A stretch of DNA of 64,000 nt from an uncultured Verrucomicrobiae bacterium (GCA_963772365.1 CAVYXA010000003.1:224001-288000), one strand, 5' to 3'; numbered from the stretch's first letter, positions 21,935 through 31,010 are shown. The notes: generated from the letters alone by a model not told the origin. Numbers and translations are program-made.

Positions 21935-22114
21935 TTTTTTCGCGCGGATAGATCAGGACCAGCGCCGACACGTTAATCCAGCACGCGATCATGAAGATGA
22001 ATCCCATATCGAACGAGTTGTTACGCTGGCTCAGAACGCCAATAATTTTCGGACCGACAAATCCGCCACTGCTCGCAGTGCAATTGAAGGCGCCCACCAT
22101 TGCCGCCGCGGCTG
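21935..22114 (-). pseudogene. Orphan 3' fragment of an MFS transporter homologous to 25308..26588
   Basis: AAAAMVGAFNCTASSGGFVGPKIIGVLSQR...MIACW...LVLIYPRE aligns with the C-terminus of the intact MFS gene. Confidence 0.85.
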
Positions 22115-22146
22115 GCCTGGTTTGCCCGCTGGTCTATCATTTGCTT

Positions 22147-25100
22147 GTGAAAATTTGCGCTCGTATTCTTTCGATCTTTATTTTCGCAGTCGCCGGCACC
22201 ACCCTGGCCGCACCGGATTTTTCGTCCCTGTTGCATTGGCGAAATATTGGTCCGTTTCGCGGCGGACGGGTGCGCGCGATCTCGGGCGTGCCGTCTCAGC
22301 CTAACGTTTTCTATTTCGCGCAGGTAAACGGCGGCGTCTTTCGGAGCGACGATTTTGGACGCACTTGGAACCCGATCTTTGACGATCAACCGACAGCGTC
22401 CGTCGGTGCACTCGCGGTTTCGATTTCAAACCCAAATATTATCTATGTCGGCAGTGGCGAAGGGTTGCATCGGCCCGACCTCTCCGTCGGCAACGGCATT
22501 TACAAATCGACTGATGCCGGAAAAACATGGGCCCACCTTGGACTGCGCGACGGTCAGCAGATCGCGCAGATCGCGATCGATCCGAAGAGTCCGGATCACG
22601 TTCTCGTCGCGGTCGCCGGCCATCCCTACGGGCCGAACGAAGAGCGCGGTATTTTCCTTTCCACCGATGGCGGGAAGACGTTTGCGAAGACACTTTACAG
22701 GAGTGAAAACGTGGGTGGGAATGACGTGCAGATTGATCCACAAAATCCACGGATCGTTTATGCCTCGCTCTGGGAAGCGCGGGAAGGTCCGTGGGAAAAC
22801 GGAGAGTGGCGCGGCGGCGATGGCGGGATTTTCAAATCGATCGATGGCGGCAAAACCTGGAGGCAACTGGCAGGCGATTTGCCTAACGACATCACCCAAG
22901 CCAATCTCGCGACCGCTCCGAATGCGCCGCAGCAACTCTTCGCCGCGGTCGCCACGCCAAAGGCGGTAAAACTCTACCGCTCGGAAGATGGTGGAGAGAA
23001 CTGGCAAGTCGCCACGAAGGACGATCGCCCTGCTGGCCGGATCGGCGGTGGCGACCTGCCGGTGCCGCGGATCGATCCGCAAAACCCCAATGTCATCTAT
23101 TCCGCGAGCGTCGTTTGCTGGAAATCGACTGATGGCGGCAAGACCTGGGACGGTTGGCGCGGCGCGCCGGGCGGAGACGATTATCAGAACGTCTGGATTT
23201 CGCCTAACGATTCTAACATTGTCATGCTGGCAAGCGATCAAGGTGCGATCATTACCGTGAACGGCGGCGCGACCTGGAGCTCTTGGTATAACCAGTCCAC
23301 CGCGCAGCTTTATCATGTCAGCGCCGACAACCAGTTCCCGTATCACCTCTACAGCGGGCAACAGGAAAGCGGCTCGGTTGGGATCGCGAGCCGCGGACCG
23401 AACGGCGAGATCACTTTTCGCGACTGGCATCCGGTCGGCGCGGAGGAATACGGCTTTGTCACGGCCGATCCGCTCGATCCAAATTTCGTTTACGGTGGGA
23501 AACTAAGCCGTTACGACCGGCGCACCCATCAGGCCCAGGACATTCTCCCGAAGGCGTTCAGGTCCGATGAGTTTCGCGTCTTGCGAAGCGAACCGGTGAT
23601 CTTCTCCCCGATCGATCCGCATCTGCTATTTTTTGCCGCCAACACGCTCTGGCAAACTCGCGACGCCGGCAAAAATTGGAATGAGTTCAGTCCCGATCTG
23701 ACGCGCAAAAACTGGGAGATTCCGGCGAGCGTCGGAAAATTTCGCGATCGACCGACCGCGCAATCACGGCAGCGCGGCGTGATCTACGCGGTTGCGCCAT
23801 CGCCTTTGGACAAGAATCGAATTTGGGTTGGAACCGATGACGGTCTCATTCATCTGACCGCTGACAGCGGCAAAAACTGGAAGAACGTCACGCCTCCGCA
23901 GATCGGCGCGTGGTGGAAAATTTCTCTTATGGATGCGAGCCATTTCGACGCCAGGACTGCGTACGCGGCGGTGAATACGATCCGGCTCGATGATCTGCGG
24001 CCGCACATTTATCGCACCAGTGACGATGGCAAAACCTGGCAGGAAATCGTGCACGGGTTGCCTAATGATGAAAATGTCAACGCCGTGCGCGAGGATCCGC
24101 AACGACGTGGCCTTCTCTTTGCCGGGACGGAGCGCGGCGTCCATGTCTCCTTCGACAATGGCGACAACTGGCAATCTCTCCGGATCAATCTGCCGGCCAC
24201 GTCAGTGCGCGACCTGATCATCAAGGATGATGATCTCTGCATCGCGACGCATGGGCGCGGGTTTTGGATTCTCGATAACATCACGCCTTTGCGGCAGCTT
24301 CACCCTAACGATGAGATCGCCGCCCAGCTCTTCAAGCCGCAAACCGCGATGCGTGTCCGTTGGAACACCAACACAGATACCCCGCTTCCGCCAGATGAGC
24401 AGGCGGGCGAAAATCCGCCGGAAGGCGCGATGATCGATTATGCGTTAGATAACGATGTTGCCGGTCCAATCACTCTCGAGATCAAGGACGCCGGCGGAAA
24501 ATTGGTTCGCCGGTATTCGAGCAGCGAGCCGGTGCCGACACCGGAGCCGAAGCTAAAGATTCCGAAATACTGGCTACGACAGCCGCAACAGCTTTCCGCA
24601 ACGCCGGGATTGCATCGTTTTTTCTGGGACCTGCACGGCCAACCAATGGCCGGCATCGAGCCCGAATATCCAATGACCGCGGTCGAACATGAGACTGCGC
24701 CGCAGCCGACTGCACCGTGGGTTTTGCCGGGTGATTATACCGTGAGTTTAACAACTTCGGGAAAGACCTACACGCAGAGGTTGACTCTGAAGATGGATCC
24801 GCGCGTCAAAGCTTCCGCGGACGATTTGAAGAAGCAGTTCGACGCTTCACAAAAAATCGCGTCGCTGCGCTCTGAGCTCGAACCGGTTGGAAAGCAGTAC
24901 CATAAACTTGTCGGCGAAATGCAAAAGATTCGACAACCGGTGCACAAGAAGGATGTGCCGGAGCAGATCGACGCACTTTGGAAGCAACTCGAAGCTCTCG
25001 CCAGCCCTGCCGCAGTCCGCCAGGAATCACTCGGCCTCGATATCTTGAATAAGGTGAGACAATTGTTTCGCGATCTTCAGCAGGTTGATGCCGCGCCGAC

Positions 25101-25236
25101 GTCGCAACAACTGGCAGCAGTGAAAACGTTGGCGCACCAAACGCCTGCGGCTCTGGAGCGGTGGAAGAAGATTCCGCCCGAGGTCGGGGTCCTCAACGCG
25201 CAGCTGAAGTCGGCCGGAATCGAACCGATAGAGTAG
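22147..25236 (+). CDS. Secreted BNR/Asp-box beta-propeller protein (VPS10/glycosyl-hydrolase-like)
   Basis: WRNIGPFRGGR, many SxDxGxTW Asp-boxes, ATHGRGFWILD; signal peptide begins at GTG 22147. Confidence 0.88.
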   Translation: MKICARILSIFIFAVAGTTLAAPDFSSLLHWRNIGPFRGGRVRAISGVPSQPNVFYFAQVNGGVFRSDDFGRTWNPIFDDQPTASVGALAVSISNPNIIYVGSGEGLHRPDLSVGNGIYKSTDAGKTWAHLGLRDGQQIAQIAIDPKSPDHVLVAVAGHPYGPNEERGIFLSTDGGKTFAKTLYRSENVGGNDVQIDPQNPRIVYASLWEAREGPWENGEWRGGDGGIFKSIDGGKTWRQLAGDLPNDITQANLATAPNAPQQLFAAVATPKAVKLYRSEDGGENWQVATKDDRPAGRIGGGDLPVPRIDPQNPNVIYSASVVCWKSTDGGKTWDGWRGAPGGDDYQNVWISPNDSNIVMLASDQGAIITVNGGATWSSWYNQSTAQLYHVSADNQFPYHLYSGQQESGSVGIASRGPNGEITFRDWHPVGAEEYGFVTADPLDPNFVYGGKLSRYDRRTHQAQDILPKAFRSDEFRVLRSEPVIFSPIDPHLLFFAANTLWQTRDAGKNWNEFSPDLTRKNWEIPASVGKFRDRPTAQSRQRGVIYAVAPSPLDKNRIWVGTDDGLIHLTADSGKNWKNVTPPQIGAWWKISLMDASHFDARTAYAAVNTIRLDDLRPHIYRTSDDGKTWQEIVHGLPNDENVNAVREDPQRRGLLFAGTERGVHVSFDNGDNWQSLRINLPATSVRDLIIKDDDLCIATHGRGFWILDNITPLRQLHPNDEIAAQLFKPQTAMRVRWNTNTDTPLPPDEQAGENPPEGAMIDYALDNDVAGPITLEIKDAGGKLVRRYSSSEPVPTPEPKLKIPKYWLRQPQQLSATPGLHRFFWDLHGQPMAGIEPEYPMTAVEHETAPQPTAPWVLPGDYTVSLTTSGKTYTQRLTLKMDPRVKASADDLKKQFDASQKIASLRSELEPVGKQYHKLVGEMQKIRQPVHKKDVPEQIDALWKQLEALASPAAVRQESLGLDILNKVRQLFRDLQQVDAAPTSQQLAAVKTLAHQTPAALERWKKIPPEVGVLNAQLKSAGIEPIE

Positions 25237-25290
25237 GGCAACCGTCTCGGTTGCCGTTTTTGGGATCGGCAGGCGGTGCGCCTGCCCTAC
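25233..25290. repeat. GTAG-type REP doublet, probably also a bidirectional terminator
   Basis: GTAG-GGCAACCG/CGGTTGCC and GGCAGGCG/CGCCTGCC-CTAC between convergent genes. Confidence 0.75.
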
Positions 25291-25307
25291 AATGACCGCG
25301 ACCTCTT

Positions 25308-26588
25308 TTACTCTACTCGTTCCCGCGGGCAGATCAGCACCAGCACCGAAGCGATCACCCAACAGGCGATCATCACGACGAAACCAGTGTTAAATGATCC
25401 CGTGCGCTGACTTAGTTCGCCGAAAATTTTTGGCCCGGCGTATCCGCCAATGCTTGCGGTGCAATTGATAAAGCCGACCGCCGCGGCCGCGGCTGAACTC
25501 GTTAAAAAAGCTGACGGGAGCGCCCAGAACGATGGTAAATAGGCGACTGTGCCAAACCCAAGCAGCGTGAACATTGCGATGAGGAACACGTTCGAGTGTG
25601 GAATGAAAAACCAAATGGCTAGCGCCAACGCAGCCGTGAATTGTGGGATTACAAAATGCCAGCGACGTTCGCCAGTGCGATCGGAACTCGACCCGAGCAG
25701 CAACATTCCAACAAGGCCAGCGCCAAAAATAAGGACGGCAAACCAGCTAACTTTCAAGGTGCTCCATCCCGTGAATCGTTGAAGCATCGTCGGCTCCCAA
25801 AGCCAAAATGCGTATCCGCCACTATAGGTAAAAAACAATCCTGCAGTCAGGATCAACACAGGCGGGTGCCGAAGCGCCTGCCAGATCGTCATATGCCCGA
25901 TGTGTGTTTTCGCGCGCTGTTCTCCTTCCAATTTCGAAACCACCCAATCGCGTTCGTCCGCGCGAAGCCATCGGACGTCGTTAGGCCGGTCGGGAAGGAC
26001 AAAAAATGTCGCGATTCCCAAAATGACAGCCGGAATCCCTTCCAACAAAAAAAGCCAGCGCCAGCCAGAAAGATTCAGCCAATGAACGCCCAAGATTTCT
26101 CCGGCAATCGGCCCGCCGACAATAAAGCCTAGCGGAATTGCGGACATGAAACGCGCAACGGCCTTGGCGCGGTCTTCATAAATGAACCAATGCGATAGAT
26201 AAACGATCACGCCAGGGAAAAATCCCGCCTCAGCCATGCCCAACAAGAAACGCGCGCCGTAAAGTTGTAATGGAGTGTGGACAAAACCTGTCAAAGTCGT
26301 GAAGGCTCCCCACGTTATCAACGTCAGAGCAAGCAGTCGCCGCGCGCTCCAATGCTCCACAAGGAGCGCTCCCGGAATCTGTAGCGCGAAGTATCCGATA
26401 AAAAAAAGGCCGTACGCGCTGCCGATAACTGAATCGGTAAGACCCAGGCCTTTCATGCCGAGCGTCGCGTAGGCGATGTTGGTGCGATCGAGATAATTCG
26501 CGACGTAAAGCAGAAACAGAAACGGCAAAAGTCGCCACGCGATGCGTTTTCGTGCCGTTGCTCCTTCGATGCTTGATAAAGAAACCAT
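25308..26588 (-). CDS. MFS transporter, anion:cation symporter (tartrate TtuB-like) family
   Basis: RLLPFLF...YLDRTNI, RFLLGMAEAGFFPG, GWRWLFLLEGIP, SDRTGERRWH. Confidence 0.9.
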   Translation of the reverse strand: MVSLSSIEGATARKRIAWRLLPFLFLLYVANYLDRTNIAYATLGMKGLGLTDSVIGSAYGLFFIGYFALQIPGALLVEHWSARRLLALTLITWGAFTTLTGFVHTPLQLYGARFLLGMAEAGFFPGVIVYLSHWFIYEDRAKAVARFMSAIPLGFIVGGPIAGEILGVHWLNLSGWRWLFLLEGIPAVILGIATFFVLPDRPNDVRWLRADERDWVVSKLEGEQRAKTHIGHMTIWQALRHPPVLILTAGLFFTYSGGYAFWLWEPTMLQRFTGWSTLKVSWFAVLIFGAGLVGMLLLGSSSDRTGERRWHFVIPQFTAALALAIWFFIPHSNVFLIAMFTLLGFGTVAYLPSFWALPSAFLTSSAAAAAVGFINCTASIGGYAGPKIFGELSQRTGSFNTGFVVMIACWVIASVLVLICPRERVE

Positions 26589-26688
26589 GGATTGCGCGCA
26601 GCATAGCGTTATGCCCGGGGCTCACAATTTAATTCAGGCCGAGCGAAGAACATTGATCGTGTTCGACGAACCTTGATATGTTTTGGAT

Positions 26689-27105
26689 ATGACTCGATCA
26701 CGCTCTCTTCTGTGTGCCTTGGCTGCCATGCTTGGAATCATCAGCGCGATCGCGGCCGATTCATCCAACTGGGTTGGCGAATACGCGACCAAGAATTTCC
26801 TGAACGGGCAGGCAGTTTTTCAGATGAGCATCGAGCAATCAGGAAAAGCAATCCAGATAGCATTCGACGCCGGTTACAACGATGGACATGGCGCCGCTCC
26901 CGACGCGACTGGGCAAGGAAGAATCACCGACAAAGGCACGATCGAATTCCGCTGGGAAGATAGCTTCAACAACAGCGGCACCGGCACAATCGCTCACGCC
27001 GGGGACGGCATTATCGCGTCCTTGAAAATGAGTCATGTTGTCGAACCTCGATGTCTGGCTCTTTACGGACAGAACATCCGTCTCAAGCGGGTCGGCAAAA
27101 AATAG
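26689..27105 (+). CDS. Hypothetical exported protein
   Basis: Signal-peptide-like N-terminus followed by a beta-rich domain. Confidence 0.65.
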   Translation: MTRSRSLLCALAAMLGIISAIAADSSNWVGEYATKNFLNGQAVFQMSIEQSGKAIQIAFDAGYNDGHGAAPDATGQGRITDKGTIEFRWEDSFNNSGTGTIAHAGDGIIASLKMSHVVEPRCLALYGQNIRLKRVGKK

Positions 27106-27110
27106 CCTGG

Positions 27111-27178
27111 TCTAGTGTCCGCTGTCCTCAGCGGAAGTTAGATGGATGAAGGAGTGCGCAGGGACAGCGCACGCTACA
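27111..27178. repeat. REP doublet, twin of the element inside imuB at 43528
   Basis: TAGTGTCCGCTGTCCTCAGCGGA...TGCGCAGGGACAGCGCACGCTACA. Confidence 0.75.
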
Positions 27179-27194
27179 GTATTGAAGAGGAGGA

Positions 27195-29003
27195 TCACAC
27201 CATCGGCCTGAATCTCCCGACGACTTCCTGTAATCTCCCCGTGATTTGACCTAGCGAACAAATCTCGACTGCTTCGAGCAACGCAGGAAAACAGTTTTCC
27301 CTTCGATCGACAATTGCGGCCAGTTTGTCCAACGCGTGCTTCGATTTCTCCGCATTTTTCTTTTTGAATTTCGTGAGTCGATCAACCTGTAATTGTTGTT
27401 TCTTCCGCGGTGTCCGGGCCAGTTTCACTTCGGGAGCGTCATCACTGCCGTTGCGATATTTGTTCAGCGCGATGATCGGCCGCGCGCCGTCATAGATTTG
27501 CTGCTCATAGCGATGCGCGGCGTTTTGAATCTGGCTGCGCTGATACCGTTCTTCCACGGCTGCGAGGACGCCACCGAGACGTTCGATCTCGCGGAATTCA
27601 TCCAGAATCGCCGCCTCGACGGAGCGTTCGACTGCTTTCATCCCAGGCGAGCCGCTCAGCATATTCATCGTATGTTTGAAGATGCCGGATTCCTCGAGCA
27701 GGATCGCCTGGCCGTGCGCCGCCAGCCGGATCCATTCCTCGCTCGGCGTGGTGAATGGCTCGTCGGCGCTGTTGGAATGACAGGAATTGGTGGCATTCAT
27801 GTAAGCCAGCATCAACTCGGCTGCCGTGCGGGTGAGATTGTTTTTGAATTCGGCGGCGATCAGCGAGCGGCCGCTGGTTTGGGTGTGCAACTTGTAAAGC
27901 TGCGCCTTCGGTCCTGCGCCGAAGACATCGCGCATACCGATTGCCCAAATCCTGCGCGAAACGCGAGCCAGCGCGATGTATTCCACATCCAGTCCGCAAT
28001 CCAGAAAGAATGAGAGCCTCGGTCCGAACTGGTCCACCGGAATCCCGCGCGCCGCGAACATTTCCGCGTAAGCGAATCCGTTCGACAGTGTGTAAGCCGC
28101 CTGCTGCACCGGTGTCGAGCCGGCTTCGCCAATGTGATAACCGCTGATCGAGATCGGATACCAACGCGGCATCTCGCGGGTGGTGAACTCGACCATGTCG
28201 GTGAGAAACCGCAGCGACGGTTCGATTGGGAAAATTGTTTCGTTCTGGGCCTGAACTTCCTTGAAAATGTCGGCCTGAATCGTGCCGCGAAGTTTCGGGA
28301 CAACTTTCGACCCGAATCGCCGTTTGGCTGCGGCGATATACATCGCCATGATTATCGGCGCCGGACCGCTGATCGTCATCGACGCCGAGAAATTTGGCGA
28401 CCCGAGTTCGAAACCGCCGTAAAGCCGGACCATGTCTTCGACTGTGTCGATAGCCACGCCGCCTTCGCCGATCTTTCCGAAAACGCCGTCAGCGTCGCTG
28501 TCGATCCCGTAAAGCGTCGGACCGTCAAACGCGGTGCTGAGCCGATGGGTGCGCTGGTGCGCGGTCAAAAAATGGAAACGCTCGTTCGTGTCCTCGGCGA
28601 GCATGAGCCCGGAGAACAATCGTGTCGGTTCCTCCGCAGGCACGACTTTCCGGGCGGCTTTTCCATTTTTTGCTTTGCCATTCTTTTCCAGGCTTTCGAT
28701 TTCGCGGATCGGTTCGAGATACATTTCCCGGTATGCGCCATTCAAATATGGAAACTCGCCAGGAAGGCCATCTCCGAACAAATAGCGCGCGATCTCACCT
28801 GGTTCGTCGATCTCGGGCAAAGCGAGTCGCGGCAATGGCAAACCCGTCGGGGCGCGGCTGGTCGGAATTTTCGCTTTGATATCGTTCCACCGGCCGAGCA
28901 GATCGCGTCCGAATTGCTGATCGGTCCGCGCCCGTTTCACCTGGTCGAGCACGAAATGGTTGTACTTTTCAACCGATTCAACGACTTGTCCTAGCTTGCT
29001 CAT
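27195..29003 (-). CDS. Acyl-CoA mutase substrate-binding subunit, IcmF C-terminal-like (isobutyryl-CoA mutase type)
   Basis: PGEFPY, EEPTRLFSG, RLSTAFD, GTIQADIFKE, ISISGYHIGEAG, LSFF, HTQTSGRSL. Confidence 0.88.
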   Translation of the reverse strand: MSKLGQVVESVEKYNHFVLDQVKRARTDQQFGRDLLGRWNDIKAKIPTSRAPTGLPLPRLALPEIDEPGEIARYLFGDGLPGEFPYLNGAYREMYLEPIREIESLEKNGKAKNGKAARKVVPAEEPTRLFSGLMLAEDTNERFHFLTAHQRTHRLSTAFDGPTLYGIDSDADGVFGKIGEGGVAIDTVEDMVRLYGGFELGSPNFSASMTISGPAPIIMAMYIAAAKRRFGSKVVPKLRGTIQADIFKEVQAQNETIFPIEPSLRFLTDMVEFTTREMPRWYPISISGYHIGEAGSTPVQQAAYTLSNGFAYAEMFAARGIPVDQFGPRLSFFLDCGLDVEYIALARVSRRIWAIGMRDVFGAGPKAQLYKLHTQTSGRSLIAAEFKNNLTRTAAELMLAYMNATNSCHSNSADEPFTTPSEEWIRLAAHGQAILLEESGIFKHTMNMLSGSPGMKAVERSVEAAILDEFREIERLGGVLAAVEERYQRSQIQNAAHRYEQQIYDGARPIIALNKYRNGSDDAPEVKLARTPRKKQQLQVDRLTKFKKKNAEKSKHALDKLAAIVDRRENCFPALLEAVEICSLGQITGRLQEVVGRFRPMV

Positions 29004-30205
29004 TTTCGTCCTTTCGTTCGGCGCGACCGGCGGTCGCGTCCTACCAAATCGTTTCCAGATATTAGACTGAAGAGTTTATCCACGCCAGGGTCGCGGTGGC
29101 GTTTGGCCACGGTATCGATCAACCTCTGCGCGCGGCGGTTTTGTTCCAGCCTTTGTTCAATTTCGATGTGGGCCGTTTTCGCGCGTTGCAAATCGCTCTT
29201 GTTCACAACGACGATGTCAGCCAGATCGAGCATGACGATTTTCTGCAACTGGAGCCGGCTGCCGTAGTCCGGATTCATCACCAGCACAGTAAGATCGACA
29301 ATTCCATTTTTCTGAAACGGCATCGCTTCCTGTCCGGTGCCGACCGTTTCGATGATGACGTAATCGAAGCCCGAACGCGCCAGCAGACCGAGGCAATCAC
29401 GCGTGGCCGGTGAAAGGCCGCCGGCCTGGCCGCGGGTGGCCATACTGCGCATGAACACGCGGTCGTTTTGCGAATTAATCATGGTCGCGCGATCGCCCAG
29501 CAGCGCGCCTTCGCCGATTACGCTCGGATCATGCGACAAAATCGCCACGCGTGTTTTCTTGCTTTTGTTCAGAAACCGAAGCACCAACTCGTCGATCAAA
29601 GTCGTCTTTCCCGCTCCGCCCGGGCCAGTGAAACCGATGACTTCCGAATTACCGATTGAAAGCGGCGTCAAGCTGCCGCACTCCAAAGCGCGCTGGGCGC
29701 GCGAAATCTTTTGCGTTCGGCGTTTTCCGCTCGCTTCCTCAATCTCTGTGAGTTTGCGCGCGAGTTTCTGATCCGCAGATTCCGGCTTTGGACGTTTGGT
29801 TCGCGGTTTGCCGTAATGTTGATGAACAAATTTCACCATTGCTTCGAGCGATGTGCCCGCGAAGAAAATCCGATCCACGCCTTTGCGCTTCATAATGGCG
29901 GCGTCTTCCTGCGTGATGGTGCCGCCTCCACCTCCGAACACTTGGATGTCGCTCGCGCCTTTCTTGCGAAGAAGATCGACAACTTCCGCGAAGAACTCGA
30001 CGTGGCCGCCATTGTAACTGGAAATGCCGATTGCGCGCACATCTTCCTGGATGGCCGCGCGGACAATGTCGCCGACCGATCGATGATAGCCGAGATAAAC
30101 GACCTCGATCCCGTGCCGGATAAATTCGAGATTGATCGTGTTGATGGCGCTGTCGTGGCCATCGCAAATCGGGACAGCGGTCAGAATTCGAATCGGGGAA
30201 GCCAT
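29000..30205 (-). CDS. Cobalamin-binding domain fused to a MeaB/ArgK-type GTPase (IcmF N-terminal-like)
   Basis: DGHD, SSYNGGH and GGGGG B12-binding motifs; GFTGPGGAGKTT, LLGDR, MRSMATR, IETVGTGQ, NKSD; ATGA overlap with the mutase gene. Confidence 0.88.
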   Translation of the reverse strand: MASPIRILTAVPICDGHDSAINTINLEFIRHGIEVVYLGYHRSVGDIVRAAIQEDVRAIGISSYNGGHVEFFAEVVDLLRKKGASDIQVFGGGGGTITQEDAAIMKRKGVDRIFFAGTSLEAMVKFVHQHYGKPRTKRPKPESADQKLARKLTEIEEASGKRRTQKISRAQRALECGSLTPLSIGNSEVIGFTGPGGAGKTTLIDELVLRFLNKSKKTRVAILSHDPSVIGEGALLGDRATMINSQNDRVFMRSMATRGQAGGLSPATRDCLGLLARSGFDYVIIETVGTGQEAMPFQKNGIVDLTVLVMNPDYGSRLQLQKIVMLDLADIVVVNKSDLQRAKTAHIEIEQRLEQNRRAQRLIDTVAKRHRDPGVDKLFSLISGNDLVGRDRRSRRTKGRK

Positions 30206-30219
30206 GGGAAAAAGTCTAG

Positions 30220-30259
30220 CGTTGAACCGTTAAATCGTTAAATCGTTAAATCGTCAAAT
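30220..30259. repeat. Tandem octamer repeat CGTTAAAT x5 (two units degenerate)
   Basis: cgttgaac cgttaaat cgttaaat cgttaaat cgtcaaat. Confidence 0.85.
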
Positions 30260-31010
30260 GTCTGATCTCGATTTCAGTGGCAAAGTTGTGCTCGTGACCG
30301 GCAGCTCCCGAGGGATTGGAGCGGAGATAATCAAGGCATTTGGGAAACGCGGCGCCCGATGCGTGGTGAATTATTTCACCGATCCGCAAGGTCAAAACAA
30401 GGCTGATGCTGAGGCGGTGGCTAAAGAACTGAACGATCCGCTGGTGATTGATTGCGATATCACGAAACCAGAGCAGGTCGAATCGATGATGAAACAAATC
30501 CAGGATCGACATGGCGGCCTGGATATTCTGGTCAATAATTCCGGCGTAATTGCCGATCGCACGATAAAGAAGATGTCGATGGAACAGTTCGAAGCTGTGA
30601 TTCGAGTAAATCTGGCCGGCACATTCAACGTGACCCAAAAGGCGATGTCGATTCTGCGCAGTAGCGGGCGCGTGATCAATCTGTCGTCGGTCAGTGGCCA
30701 GATGGGATTGTTCGGACAGGCCAATTATTCCTCGAGCAAAGCAGCCATTATCGCTCTCACCAAAGTTTCCGCGCGTGAGCTGGGTCGTCAGAACATCACC
30801 GTAAATGCAATCGCGCCCGGCTTCATCGATGTCGGGATGAGCAAAGGGATGCCGGATGAAGTGACTGAAAATTTCAAAAAGCAAATTCCGCTCGGCCGGC
30901 TCGGGGACGTGCATGAGATTGTCGATGCTGCGCTTTTTCTCGCTTCACCTATGGCGTCTTACATCACCGGTCATGTTTTGAATGTGAATGGCGGTTTCTA
31001 CATGGGCTAA
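30258..31010 (+). CDS. SDR oxidoreductase, FabG/acetoacetyl-CoA reductase-like
   Basis: TGSSRGIG, LVNNSG, NLSSV, YSSSK, NAIAPGFI, IPLGRLG. Confidence 0.9.
   Translation: MSDLDFSGKVVLVTGSSRGIGAEIIKAFGKRGARCVVNYFTDPQGQNKADAEAVAKELNDPLVIDCDITKPEQVESMMKQIQDRHGGLDILVNNSGVIADRTIKKMSMEQFEAVIRVNLAGTFNVTQKAMSILRSSGRVINLSSVSGQMGLFGQANYSSSKAAIIALTKVSARELGRQNITVNAIAPGFIDVGMSKGMPDEVTENFKKQIPLGRLGDVHEIVDAALFLASPMASYITGHVLNVNGGFYMG

Noticed and set aside
21991..22146. N-terminal extension of the BNR ORF in the ORF track (similar extensions on rpsO 8281, pnp 8832, prpC 16624, ORF6N 50968)
   Set aside because: The extensions run through other features (MFS remnant, hairpin, neighbouring genes); better-supported downstream starts exist
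22426..23430. Long antisense ORFs (also 17102..17926, 28134..28994, 34855..35577, 40898..41791, 55469..56380, 56393..57235)
   Set aside because: Shadow frames opposite well-supported genes in GC-rich DNA, with no recognisable motifs
26648..26671. Second LexA box (GAACA...TGTTC-GAC-GAAC)
   Set aside because: Spacer is 3 rather than 4 nt, the right half-site is imperfect and the flanking genes are not repair-related
30220..30259. CRISPR array
   Set aside because: Contiguous 8-bp units with no spacers; no cas genes; no repeat-spacer array found anywhere in the window
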